A DNA stretch of 64,000 nucleotides from Minisyncoccota bacterium (lineage in GTDB: Bacteria > Patescibacteriota > Minisyncoccia > UBA6257): assembly GCA_035385585.1 (NCBI GenBank), contig DAOOKJ010000002.1, positions 595-64,594 on the forward strand. Direction: 5' to 3'. Below the pieces are notes generated by a model that had not been told where the DNA came from, ran no database searches, and saw only the letters and a list, made by a program, of their open reading frames with translations. Below, piece after piece: positions 37,407-47,345 of this stretch; positions within the stretch are counted from its first letter, which is position 1; every line of letters starts with the position of its first letter. Made by a program: the position numbers and the translations under genes.

Positions 37407-39848
37407 TTAATTTTGTTCGCCAAAATTTATTCCATAAACTAAACACCAACCTTTACTTTGTTTTCCACTTATTCTCGCTTGTCCTTCAAGAATAGGGGAG
37501 TAATGATTAGGAACTAATTGAGCAATAGCGGCTATCCGGGCAACTAAATCATATTCCTTTATCCAACCTAAAACAGTATTTTTTAGTTGGGTAAAAATCT
37601 CCTTCGCCTTTTGATCATTAACTAAACTTGAACCAAATTCGAGCCGCAAAACTTTCAAATTTTTATCGAAAACACTGGTAACTAATTTCTCTTTTTGAGC
37701 TGTATCGAATTCTCGTAACTTAATAGTATGTGGTAACATCTGTAAAATCAATTGGCCATCGCTGGTAGCTATTAATGACCAAACACAATGCTCATCATTA
37801 AATTCTGGATTAAGCTTATTTTTAGGAAAAGCGCCAATTAAAACTTCTGTAACTTGGCTTCCTTCTATTGGTTCAATTAGTCTATCATAGGGACTGATTC
37901 CGTTTTTATCTTTCTTAAATAAATTTTTTATTTCCTCAAGGGAGGAAATTGCTATCCATCTTCCTCTGCCGGGTAAGTCTGGATGAATACAGGTACGAAT
38001 CGAAGCGTCGTAACCATCATTAATATTTTTTTCAAGTCTCATTATTATTTCTTTAACTTTATTAGGTAACATTATTGAATAGTTTTCCCTTATTTCTGCG
38101 GGAATTAATGCATTTACAATAGTTGTCTCTTTTGCTTTAGAAGACTTAAATAAACTAATCTTTTTCGCTTTTTCCTTTTCAGCGGCTATAAATTGAGCAA
38201 CCTTTTCTATTCCCTTTCTATCTAAAATCCAATACCAAGGGTTTCGCTTTCGCTCTTCTGACCACCTTTTTACTATTTGTCTTTCGTCTTGGGTTAACAT
38301 TGCATTTTTTTCTTCCAGTGGTATCAAACCTCTAAATACTCTTACTTTTTCTCTTCCGATTACTTCTACAGTACAAATCTTTTCAGCAATTTCAGCAGGC
38401 GCCTCAGGAGCACCTATAATAACTGGGATGTTAAATCGCTGAAGCGCTCTTGTCAGATGAGAACCTAGGCTACCGGTAGAAGTAATAATGGCTTTTAACA
38501 AAGAAGAACATTGAAGAAGTTCGGAAGTATCGTCTAAACTTAAAGGACCCCAATAAATGATTTCGTTTCTATCACCCTCTAGATCTTTTAAAGAAGTAAT
38601 CACTCGGTAGCCATGAGCAACACCCGGAGAGATTCCCCACCCTCCTCGGCACAAAACCCCTCCCTCTTTTTCAGCTTTTTGCGCCTCTATTTCATTTAGA
38701 GATGGTTGCAAGAGTTGCTGCAACTCAGAAGCAGTTATCTGTGATATTGCTTCTTTTTCAGAAAGTAGCCCTTTTTTTATTTGCTCAATAAGAAATCTTA
38801 GTTTCGCCAAAGGCGAAAGGGGAAGTTCCCGCAATTGTAAACACCATACAGTATCGCCATCATAAGAAAACTCAAGCTCCTGAGGAAGAGCACAATGCTC
38901 AATAATGGTACCAAAAATTTCTTCTAATTGACTTTTTATTGGAGAATTTGGAAGCTCAGCAAGAGGTTGTGATTCCCGCGTCTCATCACCAACAACAGCC
39001 CTTCCTTGCTTTCCAGGAGCATAAATAATCAAAGGACCCCCAATCAAATCAGATGGATCGTGGGTAAGTAAAACACCAGCGCCAGCCTTTTCAGCATCTC
39101 GATTGGTAAAAATCATTTGTTGGATGATACAAGCCGTACCCCAGTCTTTGGGAATTCCTAATTCTTCCCGCCATCTTCTTGTTCCTTTACTCCCCCAAGA
39201 GCCAAAAACAATTTTAATTCCCTTTAATATCTGTTGATCAATATCCTGAGGAAATTCCTCTCCTGATTCTCTTTTAAAAATCTTTTTTGCTTCAAAAATC
39301 AACGACTCCAATCCAGCTTCATCGGTTTTAGAAGATCTATTAACTAAATCATTAAATTTCTCAGAACCAATTCCCCAAAAACAGCCTAAATTTATAATTA
39401 GATCAAGATAAGATTCATAAGCTCCTCTTACACCAATTTCATTTTTTAAAGTATTTATTGTGTTGTCATTAATCCCAACATTAAGAAGAGTCAACATTAC
39501 CCCGGCCATTGATACTGGTGGACTAGAGCGAATAGAGATAAAAAGAGGTTTTTCTCTATCATTAAAACGTCGGCCGGTTTTTTCCTCTAACCTTCTTAAT
39601 TCCCTCCTAATAATTTCTAAGAAGTTTTCCTCATTCTTTCTTAATGCCCACCAGCCATCTGTGGTGATAATAAATCCTGTTGGTACAGACAGATTCCACG
39701 ATACCATCAATCTTAACTGATATCCTTTATTTCCAAGAAAAAAACAAGCATCTTTATCAGATTCTGGAAAATAACCATCAAGAGGACAACAAATAGAAGA
39801 AGAACAATCTTCAGATGATTCCCTTTCTCTCTTACAATCATCATTCAT
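37407..39848 (-). CDS. PPDK-like ATP-grasp and phospho-His domains with an unrecognised C-terminal domain
   Basis: LGNKG, VPTGFIITT, ISIRSS, IIQQMI, ELEFS, LQLR, ISPG, GSLGSH; no PEP/pyruvate TIM-barrel motifs. Confidence 0.8.
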   Translation of the reverse strand: MNDDCKRERESSEDCSSSICCPLDGYFPESDKDACFFLGNKGYQLRLMVSWNLSVPTGFIITTDGWWALRKNEENFLEIIRRELRRLEEKTGRRFNDREKPLFISIRSSPPVSMAGVMLTLLNVGINDNTINTLKNEIGVRGAYESYLDLIINLGCFWGIGSEKFNDLVNRSSKTDEAGLESLIFEAKKIFKRESGEEFPQDIDQQILKGIKIVFGSWGSKGTRRWREELGIPKDWGTACIIQQMIFTNRDAEKAGAGVLLTHDPSDLIGGPLIIYAPGKQGRAVVGDETRESQPLAELPNSPIKSQLEEIFGTIIEHCALPQELEFSYDGDTVWCLQLRELPLSPLAKLRFLIEQIKKGLLSEKEAISQITASELQQLLQPSLNEIEAQKAEKEGGVLCRGGWGISPGVAHGYRVITSLKDLEGDRNEIIYWGPLSLDDTSELLQCSSLLKAIITSTGSLGSHLTRALQRFNIPVIIGAPEAPAEIAEKICTVEVIGREKVRVFRGLIPLEEKNAMLTQDERQIVKRWSEERKRNPWYWILDRKGIEKVAQFIAAEKEKAKKISLFKSSKAKETTIVNALIPAEIRENYSIMLPNKVKEIIMRLEKNINDGYDASIRTCIHPDLPGRGRWIAISSLEEIKNLFKKDKNGISPYDRLIEPIEGSQVTEVLIGAFPKNKLNPEFNDEHCVWSLIATSDGQLILQMLPHTIKLREFDTAQKEKLVTSVFDKNLKVLRLEFGSSLVNDQKAKEIFTQLKNTVLGWIKEYDLVARIAAIAQLVPNHYSPILEGQARISGKQSKGWCLVYGINFGEQN

Positions 39849-40160
39849 ACTGGTAATATTTTAAACTATAAAATGTAATAAAGTCAATTCCTAGAGTTTA
39901 AGAGGTTATAAGTACTTTATAAATTGTTGCAAATTGATTAGCTGTCTCTTTGTCGCAGAATAATTTTTTTAAATTTAAAACATTAATTTGTTTAATAATC
40001 ACCATTATCGTCACCGATTCCGTGATAAAAATCCCTCATTATGTCTTAAAAATACCTAAATTTAGCGATCATTAGAATTTCTTCCGAAACATTAAAGGAA
40101 GAAATGTGGCCCCCGACCTTAAAAAAGCCATATGGCCCTAGGAATTACCTAAGGCTTTTT

Positions 40161-40200
40161 TTATTTCACACAGGTTCTAATGTAATCCAGTATTCGGAGC
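40161..40200 (-). mobile_element. att-like scar 3
   Basis: Minus strand LRILDYIRTCVK*; plus strand ends aatcc-N6-cggagc, as tRNA-Asn does. Confidence 0.6.
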
Positions 40201-40205
40201 TACTA

Positions 40206-40331
40206 TTGACTCTTGGTTTTATTTATAGTATGATATAAATACCTTGTAATAGGGTATTTTAATAAAAACAAGGTAGTTCTTTGAAAACTATCACATAATT
40301 TATATATAAAAATATAAAAAGGAGGCGAACA
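40206..40331 (+). promoter_or_regulatory. Cassette leader: promoter, hairpin, boxA-like motif, SD
   Basis: TTGACT-N17-TATGAT, stem at 40237-40259, GTTCTTTGAAAA at 40276-40287, AGGAGG. Confidence 0.7.
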
Positions 40332-40721
40332 ATGGATAAAAAAGGGTATATGGCGATAAGACATCATGATCTTAAAGAAGCCCAATGGTGCTCAGATTGT
40401 GATAAGGTAAAAAATAAAGCACTAAATCAAACATTCGTTGGCATACTTGAAGTGGGGGAGATATATAAAGTGGCAGGGAGTAACATAAAAGAACTTAAAA
40501 GATACAACAAGCAGTACCTTCTATTTAAACCGCTTGGTTTTGGTGCCATCTTTTCTATCTCTCAATATCCGCAAGCTATCTCTTTTGCAAAATATTATTC
40601 CAGTCATTCCCTCATGTTTATAATTAAATTTGAAAGAATTTGGAAAATTGAATTTAGAGAGAATATTGAATTTAGAGAATTGACAATAGAGGGGGCAATT
40701 GGTTATTTCCAACCAGAGTAA
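40332..40721 (+). CDS. Orphan hypothetical protein
   Basis: SD-led 129 aa with CxxC; terminator ccccagag...ttctgggg followed by a T-run. Confidence 0.65.
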   Translation: MDKKGYMAIRHHDLKEAQWCSDCDKVKNKALNQTFVGILEVGEIYKVAGSNIKELKRYNKQYLLFKPLGFGAIFSISQYPQAISFAKYYSSHSLMFIIKFERIWKIEFRENIEFRELTIEGAIGYFQPE

Positions 40722-40857
40722 TTAGTGAATAAATAGTTACCCCAGAGTATTTCTGGGGCTTTTTTATTTTTCATTTATGGGACTTTTTTGTTTTTTGGTA
40801 AGTGTGGTATAATACATATAAGTTTCATACGTTTACGTTTATAAAGCCTAATATATA

Positions 40858-41547
40858 ATGAATAAAAAAAATTTAATAAATATTATTTTGATAGTAATTA
40901 TTTTCGTTGCTATTGGGGCAATGGGGTATTTTATTTTCATCAAAAAATCAGAAACTATTCCCGAGGAAAGTACCAAAAGGTATACAAATTCATTATTGGG
41001 GATTGAATTTTCTTATCCTCGAAATTTTATTCCTTATCTTCGAGATAATGAATATTTAGGCGATCAACCGTCGCGTTTTGTATCTGGTAAAGATTCATAT
41101 GCTCCATTAGACGAAAACTCTTATTTCGTAATAACTCTTAATGGCGTTAAGGGTTATTATGATTGTCCTTCTTTAGAAAATTCAGAAATGTCTTACTCTG
41201 GTTCATATGAAGATATCCAACAATTCATTCAAGAAGGCAAGTCAATTAAATTTGAGAATTGCAAAGAAATTATTCAAACCATTGATCAAGCCGCTCAAAA
41301 TTCTGCTTATCATAAATTAAAGCCTTTTGGAGAAAATCCAATTATCAAAACATTGCAAATTGAAGGGCAAGAAGCAAGGCTTATAATTCCTTCCGAAAAC
41401 AGTATTAACGAAAGAGAATTAATTGTTGAGCTGAAAAAATCCGTTTTCCTTTTAGATAAATATTGGACATTTTTAGTAATCCATACAAGTCAAGATCCTG
41501 ATGGAAAAACAATGAAGACGATTTTAGAATCATTAACATTTAGATAA
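40858..41547 (+). CDS. Membrane-anchored surface protein (PsbP-like N-terminal motif)
   Basis: TM helix, YTNSLLGIEFSYP, C-terminal ILESLTF. Confidence 0.8.
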   Translation: MNKKNLINIILIVIIFVAIGAMGYFIFIKKSETIPEESTKRYTNSLLGIEFSYPRNFIPYLRDNEYLGDQPSRFVSGKDSYAPLDENSYFVITLNGVKGYYDCPSLENSEMSYSGSYEDIQQFIQEGKSIKFENCKEIIQTIDQAAQNSAYHKLKPFGENPIIKTLQIEGQEARLIIPSENSINERELIVELKKSVFLLDKYWTFLVIHTSQDPDGKTMKTILESLTFR

Positions 41548-41562
41548 AATAATCCATCTGGC

Positions 41563-41600
41563 AAATTAAAACCTCGGGATAAAACGCCGAGGTTTTTAAT
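41563..41600. terminator. Bidirectional terminator between convergent genes
   Basis: aaaacctcgg...ccgaggtttt. Confidence 0.7.
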
Positions 41601-41637
41601 TAATCGGATAAAGAAAACAAGTTTTGCTTTTATCAAA

Positions 41638-43626
41638 TTATGCAGTGTCAGCATTTATTGGGGAAAGGAATTGACTCATATAGAGATTGTAATAAAATCC
41701 CTTTGCCGCTAGAAGTTTTTTGTGATTTCCTTGTTCTACAATCCGACCTTTATTCATCACTAGAATAATATCAGCATTATAAATAGTGGATAAACGATGA
41801 GCTATAACCAAACTAGTACGGCCTTTTCTTAGTTTTGCCATCGCTTTTTGAATCAACATTTCTGTTCGAGTATCAACAGAACTAGTAGCTTCGTCGAGTA
41901 TCAATATTTTAGGATCAGCTAAAAAGACACGGGCTATGGTTAACAGTTGTTTTTGTCCTTGAGATATGTTAGAAGCGTCGTCGGTCAGTATAGTATCATA
42001 TCCGTCTGGTAATGTTTTGATAAAATGATCTACATAAGCCGTTTGAGCAGCTGAGATTATTTCTTGTTCAGTGGCTCCTTCTTTGCTATAGGCAATATTA
42101 TCCCGGATGGTGCTATTAAATAACCAAGTATCTTGCAAAACCATCCCAAAAATTTTACGGAGGTCATCTCTTCTCATTTTTCTGATATCAACGCCATCTA
42201 TAGAAATACATCCGCGGTCTATTTCATAAAAACGCATTAATAAATTTACTAAGGTTGTTTTACCGGCACCAGTTGGACCAACTATTGCCACAGTTTCTCC
42301 AGGCTTAATCTCTAAATTTAAATCCTCAATTAGAGGAGTATCAGGGTTGTAGCTAAAGTAGACATGTTCAAATTTTATTTCTCCCTTTACTTTTTCCAGT
42401 ACTACGGGATTTTCTATATCTGGTATTTCTTCTTTTTCATCTAAAAGTTCAAATACTCGTTCAGCTGAGGCGGCCGTAGATTGAAGAATATTTAAAATAC
42501 TGGCTACTTGAACTACTGGTTGGGTAAATTGTTTAGAATATTGAATGAAAGCCTGGACGCCACCAAGGGTAATAAGACCTTTCGCTACTCGAATTCCCCC
42601 AATAATACAAATGACAACATAATTGAGATTATTTAAAAAATTTACTGAGGGACGAATTAAACTTGATATGAATTGAGCCTTAAAACTAGATTCATAAACC
42701 TTTTGATTTTCTTCATTAAAACGTTCTTTGGCTTTTTCTTCCCGGTTGAATGCTTTGATAATATTGTGGCCGGTAAATGTTTCTTCAATATGGCCATTCA
42801 AAGTACCAGTGCTGTCCCATTGAGCTATAAAGTATTTTTGGGATTTATTAATCACTAATCCAGCAATCAAAAGAGCTAAAGGAATAATCACAAGAGATAT
42901 CCAAGTAAGCAGGGAACTAATAGAAAACATCATAATAAGAACTCCAACGACGACAGCAATCGCGTGGACTATTTGAGTAATATTTTGCTGGAGGGTATGA
43001 GCAATATTATCTACATCATTAGTCACTCGGCTTAAGATATCACCATGAGAGTGATTATCGTAATATTTTAAAGGTAATTTAGCGAGTTTGGCATCTACTT
43101 CTCGTCGTACCCGATAGACAGTATTTTGGGCAACGCCAGCCATTGTATACTGTTGTAGCCATTGAAAGAAAGCTCCTAAAAGATACACTATCAAAAGAGT
43201 AATTAATATCTGCTTCAAGGCTTGAAAATCTATGCCCTTGCCAGGCACAAGATTCATTACCGATATCATCTCTGCGAGTTGATTTTGTCCTTTTGCTTTT
43301 AATTCAGCAATAGCTTGTTCTTTAGTTATCCCGCTAGATAACTGTTTACTTATTACTCCTTCAAATAATTTATTAGTAGCTTCGCCTATTATTCTAGGTG
43401 CAAAAATAGTAAAAGTCACGCTCAAAATAGTAAAAATTACCACTAATAATAAAGGAATTGCTTGAGGCTTAAGATAAATAATAAGACGCTTCATCGTTCC
43501 TCTGAAGTCTTTAGCTTTTTCCACTGACCTAGCAGCAACTCGTGCTCCGCCACCGAATCTACCCTGCCTCCTTTGGATTTGTCCTCTTATTGGTGGTTTA
43601 TTATTTTGATTATTATTAACACTCAT
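41638..43626 (-). CDS. Heterodimeric ABC exporter subunit (TM288-like)
   Basis: TMD, GPTGAGKTT, ISQGQKQ, ILDEAT, IAHRL. Confidence 0.93.
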   Translation of the reverse strand: MSVNNNQNNKPPIRGQIQRRQGRFGGGARVAARSVEKAKDFRGTMKRLIIYLKPQAIPLLLVVIFTILSVTFTIFAPRIIGEATNKLFEGVISKQLSSGITKEQAIAELKAKGQNQLAEMISVMNLVPGKGIDFQALKQILITLLIVYLLGAFFQWLQQYTMAGVAQNTVYRVRREVDAKLAKLPLKYYDNHSHGDILSRVTNDVDNIAHTLQQNITQIVHAIAVVVGVLIMMFSISSLLTWISLVIIPLALLIAGLVINKSQKYFIAQWDSTGTLNGHIEETFTGHNIIKAFNREEKAKERFNEENQKVYESSFKAQFISSLIRPSVNFLNNLNYVVICIIGGIRVAKGLITLGGVQAFIQYSKQFTQPVVQVASILNILQSTAASAERVFELLDEKEEIPDIENPVVLEKVKGEIKFEHVYFSYNPDTPLIEDLNLEIKPGETVAIVGPTGAGKTTLVNLLMRFYEIDRGCISIDGVDIRKMRRDDLRKIFGMVLQDTWLFNSTIRDNIAYSKEGATEQEIISAAQTAYVDHFIKTLPDGYDTILTDDASNISQGQKQLLTIARVFLADPKILILDEATSSVDTRTEMLIQKAMAKLRKGRTSLVIAHRLSTIYNADIILVMNKGRIVEQGNHKKLLAAKGFYYNLYMSQFLSPINADTA

Positions 43627-45364
43627 ATATTATCTTTTTATTATTAGACAGTTGAGAATGCACGATATCACGATAGATTTCACAGATTTTCATAAGTTGA
43701 TTATGAGTGCCAATTCCTGCAATAGTACCATCGTCATTCAATACTACAATTTGATCAGCATCCAAAATAGTACTTACTCTTTGGGCTACAATAATGACAG
43801 CCGAATGAGTAGTTTCTTTTTTAAGGGCTAGTCGCAGTTGAGCATCAGTTTTAAAGTCTAAGGCAGAAAAGCTATCATCAAATAAGTATATCTCTGGTTT
43901 TTTGACTAAAGCCCGGGCAACAGCCAGTCTTTGACGTTGTCCTCCTGAAAAGTTAACTCCTCCCTGTTCAACAGGGGCGTATAACTTATCCGGCAGATCC
44001 ATTACAAAATTCTTAGCTTGAGCTATTTCTAAAGCGTGCCAGAGTTCTTCTTCAGTAGCGTTTTCATTTCCGTAGCGTAAATTATCGGCGATTGTGCCGC
44101 TGAAAAGAAAAGCTTTTTGAGGAACTAATCCTATTCGGTTTCTTAAATCTTTCAGAGATATTTGGCGGATATCTATACCATCTATCTTTATGCTTCCATT
44201 AGTCACATCATAAAAACGAGATATTAAAGCTATCAAAGTACTTTTTCCGCAACCAGTGCTTCCGATAATAGCAGTAGTTTTTCCAGGTATTGCTGTAAAT
44301 GTTATATCTTTGAGAACTAATTCTTCTGCATCAGGATAGTTAAAATCTACCTTAGAAAACTCTACTTTTCCTTCTATTCTTGGAGGTAAAGTTACTGATT
44401 TAGAAGGATCTTTAATAGACGGCTCGGTATTAAAAACTTCCAATAATCGCTCAGCTGAAGCTTCTGCTCGAGGCATCATAATAAACATACTCATAGCCAA
44501 AGTAACTGCTATCATAATTTCCATAATGTAAGTTAAAAAAGCAGTTAGATTACCTATTGCCATTGCTCCACTTTCTATTCTGTGACCTCCAAACCAAATA
44601 ATGGCGATGGTAGCCATATTCATAATAATGAGAAGAGAGGGTATGGCCAAAGCAATAATTCGATTTACTCTTAAGGTAGTAGCAGTAAGGTCACGATTTG
44701 CTTTATCAAAACGTCGGGCTTCATAATTATTCTTCACAAAGGCTCTTATAACCCTGACACCCATCAGTTTTTCTCGCATAATTTGGTTCACGCGATCTAT
44801 TTTACTCTGAATGGAACGAAATAGTGGTATAGCCTTTATTAAAATAAGCCATACTACCACCGCCATCAAAGGAGCAATAATAATGATAGAAGAAGACAGC
44901 ACTACGTCCTGCCGCAAAGCCATTATAATTCCGCCCAAGCACATAATAGGGGCTATAACCATAAGATTTAATCCTAAAATTACCAGCATCTGGATTTGGT
45001 GCACATCATTGGTATTGCGGGTGATAAGAGAAGGAGTGCCAAATTTATCAAGGTCAGCTTGCGAGAAACTTTCCACTTTATAAAATACTGCTTGTCTCAT
45101 ATCCCGACCTAAACTCATTGAGATTTTGGAACCTAGATAAGAAGAGGATATAGCGCAAGCCGCTAATATTAGGGTAACTACCAGCATAAAAGCGCCCGTC
45201 CTTATAATATAATTGATATCTCCCTTGGCCATCCCATTGTTAATAATATTAGCGTTAAGATTAGGCAAATAAAGACTGGCCATTACTTGAGCCAATAATA
45301 AAACTACAGCCAAGGCGACCTGTTTTCTATAGGGTTTTAAAAATTTTATTAATAAATCTTTCAT
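43616..45364 (-). CDS. Heterodimeric ABC exporter subunit (TM287-like, degenerate site)
   Basis: TMD, GSTGCGKS, FSGGQRQ, FDDSFS, VAQR. Confidence 0.93.
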   Translation of the reverse strand: MKDLLIKFLKPYRKQVALAVVLLLAQVMASLYLPNLNANIINNGMAKGDINYIIRTGAFMLVVTLILAACAISSSYLGSKISMSLGRDMRQAVFYKVESFSQADLDKFGTPSLITRNTNDVHQIQMLVILGLNLMVIAPIMCLGGIIMALRQDVVLSSSIIIIAPLMAVVVWLILIKAIPLFRSIQSKIDRVNQIMREKLMGVRVIRAFVKNNYEARRFDKANRDLTATTLRVNRIIALAIPSLLIIMNMATIAIIWFGGHRIESGAMAIGNLTAFLTYIMEIMIAVTLAMSMFIMMPRAEASAERLLEVFNTEPSIKDPSKSVTLPPRIEGKVEFSKVDFNYPDAEELVLKDITFTAIPGKTTAIIGSTGCGKSTLIALISRFYDVTNGSIKIDGIDIRQISLKDLRNRIGLVPQKAFLFSGTIADNLRYGNENATEEELWHALEIAQAKNFVMDLPDKLYAPVEQGGVNFSGGQRQRLAVARALVKKPEIYLFDDSFSALDFKTDAQLRLALKKETTHSAVIIVAQRVSTILDADQIVVLNDDGTIAGIGTHNQLMKICEIYRDIVHSQLSNNKKIIYEC

Positions 45365-45569
45365 TTAAATTACCTCTATTTCTATTTTAATATCATAATT
45401 TCAATATTATACACTGTATTAAATGCTTTTCAAGCGATGAAATATAATTTATCTTAAATTTTTCTTTTATAAAATTGTAATTTGTTTCTTTTTTATTCGT
45501 TATATACCAAATCCCCCGGAATTAGAGAAAAAGGGATGAGATTTACAAAGAATAATCGATCTTCAGAAA

Positions 45570-45733
45570 TTGACTTTTAATTTTATTTATAGTATGATAT
45601 AAATACCAAGTAATAGAGTATTTTTGGTAAATTTTAACTAGTACCTTGAAAAAATGTACCTTCCTAATCGGCAAACTGTTCATTATCTTATTTTTAGTGG
45701 CTAGTTTGCCGATTAGGTAAGGAGGTGATTAAC
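45570..45733 (+). promoter_or_regulatory. Cassette leader homologous to 40206, plus SD-occluding hairpin
   Basis: TTGACT-N17-TATGAT, GTACCTTGAAAA at 45641-52, stem 45659-45677/45703-45722, GGAGGTG. Confidence 0.7.
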
Positions 45734-46204
45734 ATGTTTGACATAGATGGACCAATAGCACTATTTGTATGGGCCCTCGTGATTATAGCTTTTATTAGTG
45801 TTATGCCCTGGTGGGTATGGATTCTCATTATTCTAGGTGGATTGTTATGGTTAATTTTCTCAGTTCTTAAAGATAGTGGTGTAGGGAGCGGTGTAGGTTC
45901 CTCTGAAGAACCAGAGAAGAAAGAACCCAATTATGCTCCTTATTCAGGTCATTATTCAGAGACAAATTACCATATTGATGAAGATGGAACAGTGCACGAC
46001 AATGAAAACTATCAAATTGGTTATATAGATAGAGATGGAACTATTTATAGGTATGGTAGTGATGGACCAGAAAAAATAGGGTATATAGATGATTGTGGAA
46101 ATATAAGAGGCAAAGACGGGACATCTATATCACACGATGATGATGATATCAATGATAAGATTAATGATATTGGTTTGATAATTAAGGGGAAAAAGAGGCA
46201 TTAA
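45734..46204 (+). CDS. Orphan two-TM membrane protein with acidic beta-hairpin repeats
   Basis: ATG at 45734 after GGAGGTG; IDEDGTV / IGYIDRDGTI / IGYIDDCGNI repeats. Confidence 0.75.
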   Translation: MFDIDGPIALFVWALVIIAFISVMPWWVWILIILGGLLWLIFSVLKDSGVGSGVGSSEEPEKKEPNYAPYSGHYSETNYHIDEDGTVHDNENYQIGYIDRDGTIYRYGSDGPEKIGYIDDCGNIRGKDGTSISHDDDDINDKINDIGLIIKGKKRH

Positions 46205-46250
46205 AGGTTTGTTTTTCAAAGCCGATCTAAAATATAAAGATCGGCTTTTT

Positions 46251-46290
46251 TAATGGTCCCATAATTCTAATACGCTTTAATATGCAGAGT
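46251..46290 (-). mobile_element. att-like scar 4 (degenerate)
   Basis: Minus strand LCILKRIRI; ttctaat lies the same 22 nt from gag as in scars 1 and 3. Confidence 0.4.
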
Positions 46291-46364
46291 TGGGCAAATC
46301 ACTGCTCGAATGACTTCGGATAACCTTTGTTTGACATTTCCTCCTAGAATAGTAAAATAGAGGC

Positions 46365-47297
46365 ATGAAAATAAAAAAATATTTTGTTTTGGTTTTAATG
46401 GCAATAATTATTCTTTGCGGAATAGGTATTTGGTTAAACTATAATAAAAGTCAGGGGGATTTGATTCCATTCAATCAGCCTCCTCCAGAAGAAAATCTTA
46501 TTGCTCAAGTGACTTTTCTTTGTAAAGATAATAAAACAATCGAAGCCAGCTTTTATGAAGGAGAAGTAAAGCCGGTAGAACCCGGCGAGCCACCAATTCC
46601 TCAGGGAAAAGTGAAGCTTGTTTTAAGTGATGGCCGGAGTTTTGAATTGCCTCAAACTATTTCTGCCAGTGGCGCTCGCTATGCTAATAGTAATGAGTCG
46701 TTTGTTTTTTGGAATAAAGGCAATGGCGCTTTGGTTTTAGAAAATAATGAAGAAAAAAATTATATCGGTTGTGTAATTTTGGCTAAAGATTCAGGAGATT
46801 TACCAAACACTTATTTAGATGCTGTGGTAGGTTTTACCATTCGTTATCCAGTTGATTATAAAATAGATACTTCGTATAAGTATCAGGCTTTAGGTCCTGG
46901 TAAAGAAATTGGTGGTGTAAAATTTACTATTCCCGAGAGTTTTGTTACAGGTACTAATTTATCAAATTTTGATACTGGAATTTCAGTTGAAATTATTCCT
47001 GCGACTGAAAATTGCCAAGCCAGCCTTTTTCTACCTGTTACTGATAGTACTGAAGTTAAAAATCTTGTTGATAATAATATTGAATATTCTTTCGCAAAAA
47101 TTACCGAAGGCGCTGCTGGCAATTATTATGAAGAACAAGTTTGGGCGCTTAAAGAAACTAATCCCTGCATTGCTCTTCGCTATCTAATCCATTCAACCAA
47201 TATTAATAATTATCCTGAAGGGATGGTTAAAGAATTTAACCGCGCCAATCTCCTAAATACTTTTGATAAAATTCGTTCTTCTTTGGTTACCTTATAA
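46365..47297 (+). CDS. MliC/PliC lysozyme-inhibitor domain surface protein
   Basis: LPQTISASGARYAN...FWNKG; N-terminal anchor. Confidence 0.85.
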   Translation: MKIKKYFVLVLMAIIILCGIGIWLNYNKSQGDLIPFNQPPPEENLIAQVTFLCKDNKTIEASFYEGEVKPVEPGEPPIPQGKVKLVLSDGRSFELPQTISASGARYANSNESFVFWNKGNGALVLENNEEKNYIGCVILAKDSGDLPNTYLDAVVGFTIRYPVDYKIDTSYKYQALGPGKEIGGVKFTIPESFVTGTNLSNFDTGISVEIIPATENCQASLFLPVTDSTEVKNLVDNNIEYSFAKITEGAAGNYYEEQVWALKETNPCIALRYLIHSTNINNYPEGMVKEFNRANLLNTFDKIRSSLVTL

Positions 47298-47345
47298 GAT
47301 ATCTTACATTATTTTAAAAATAAAACAATAAATTAAAATAATTTT

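Noticed and set aside
39890-39960. Possible fifth att-like scar (minus strand LRQRD..., cgcag core like tRNA-Gln)
   Set aside because: Needs indels to keep frame and lacks the ttctaat register; too weak.
39995-40125. Gene-like fragment (TIIVTDSVIKIP.../SSETLKEEMWPP)
   Set aside because: Frameshifted and unassignable by eye.
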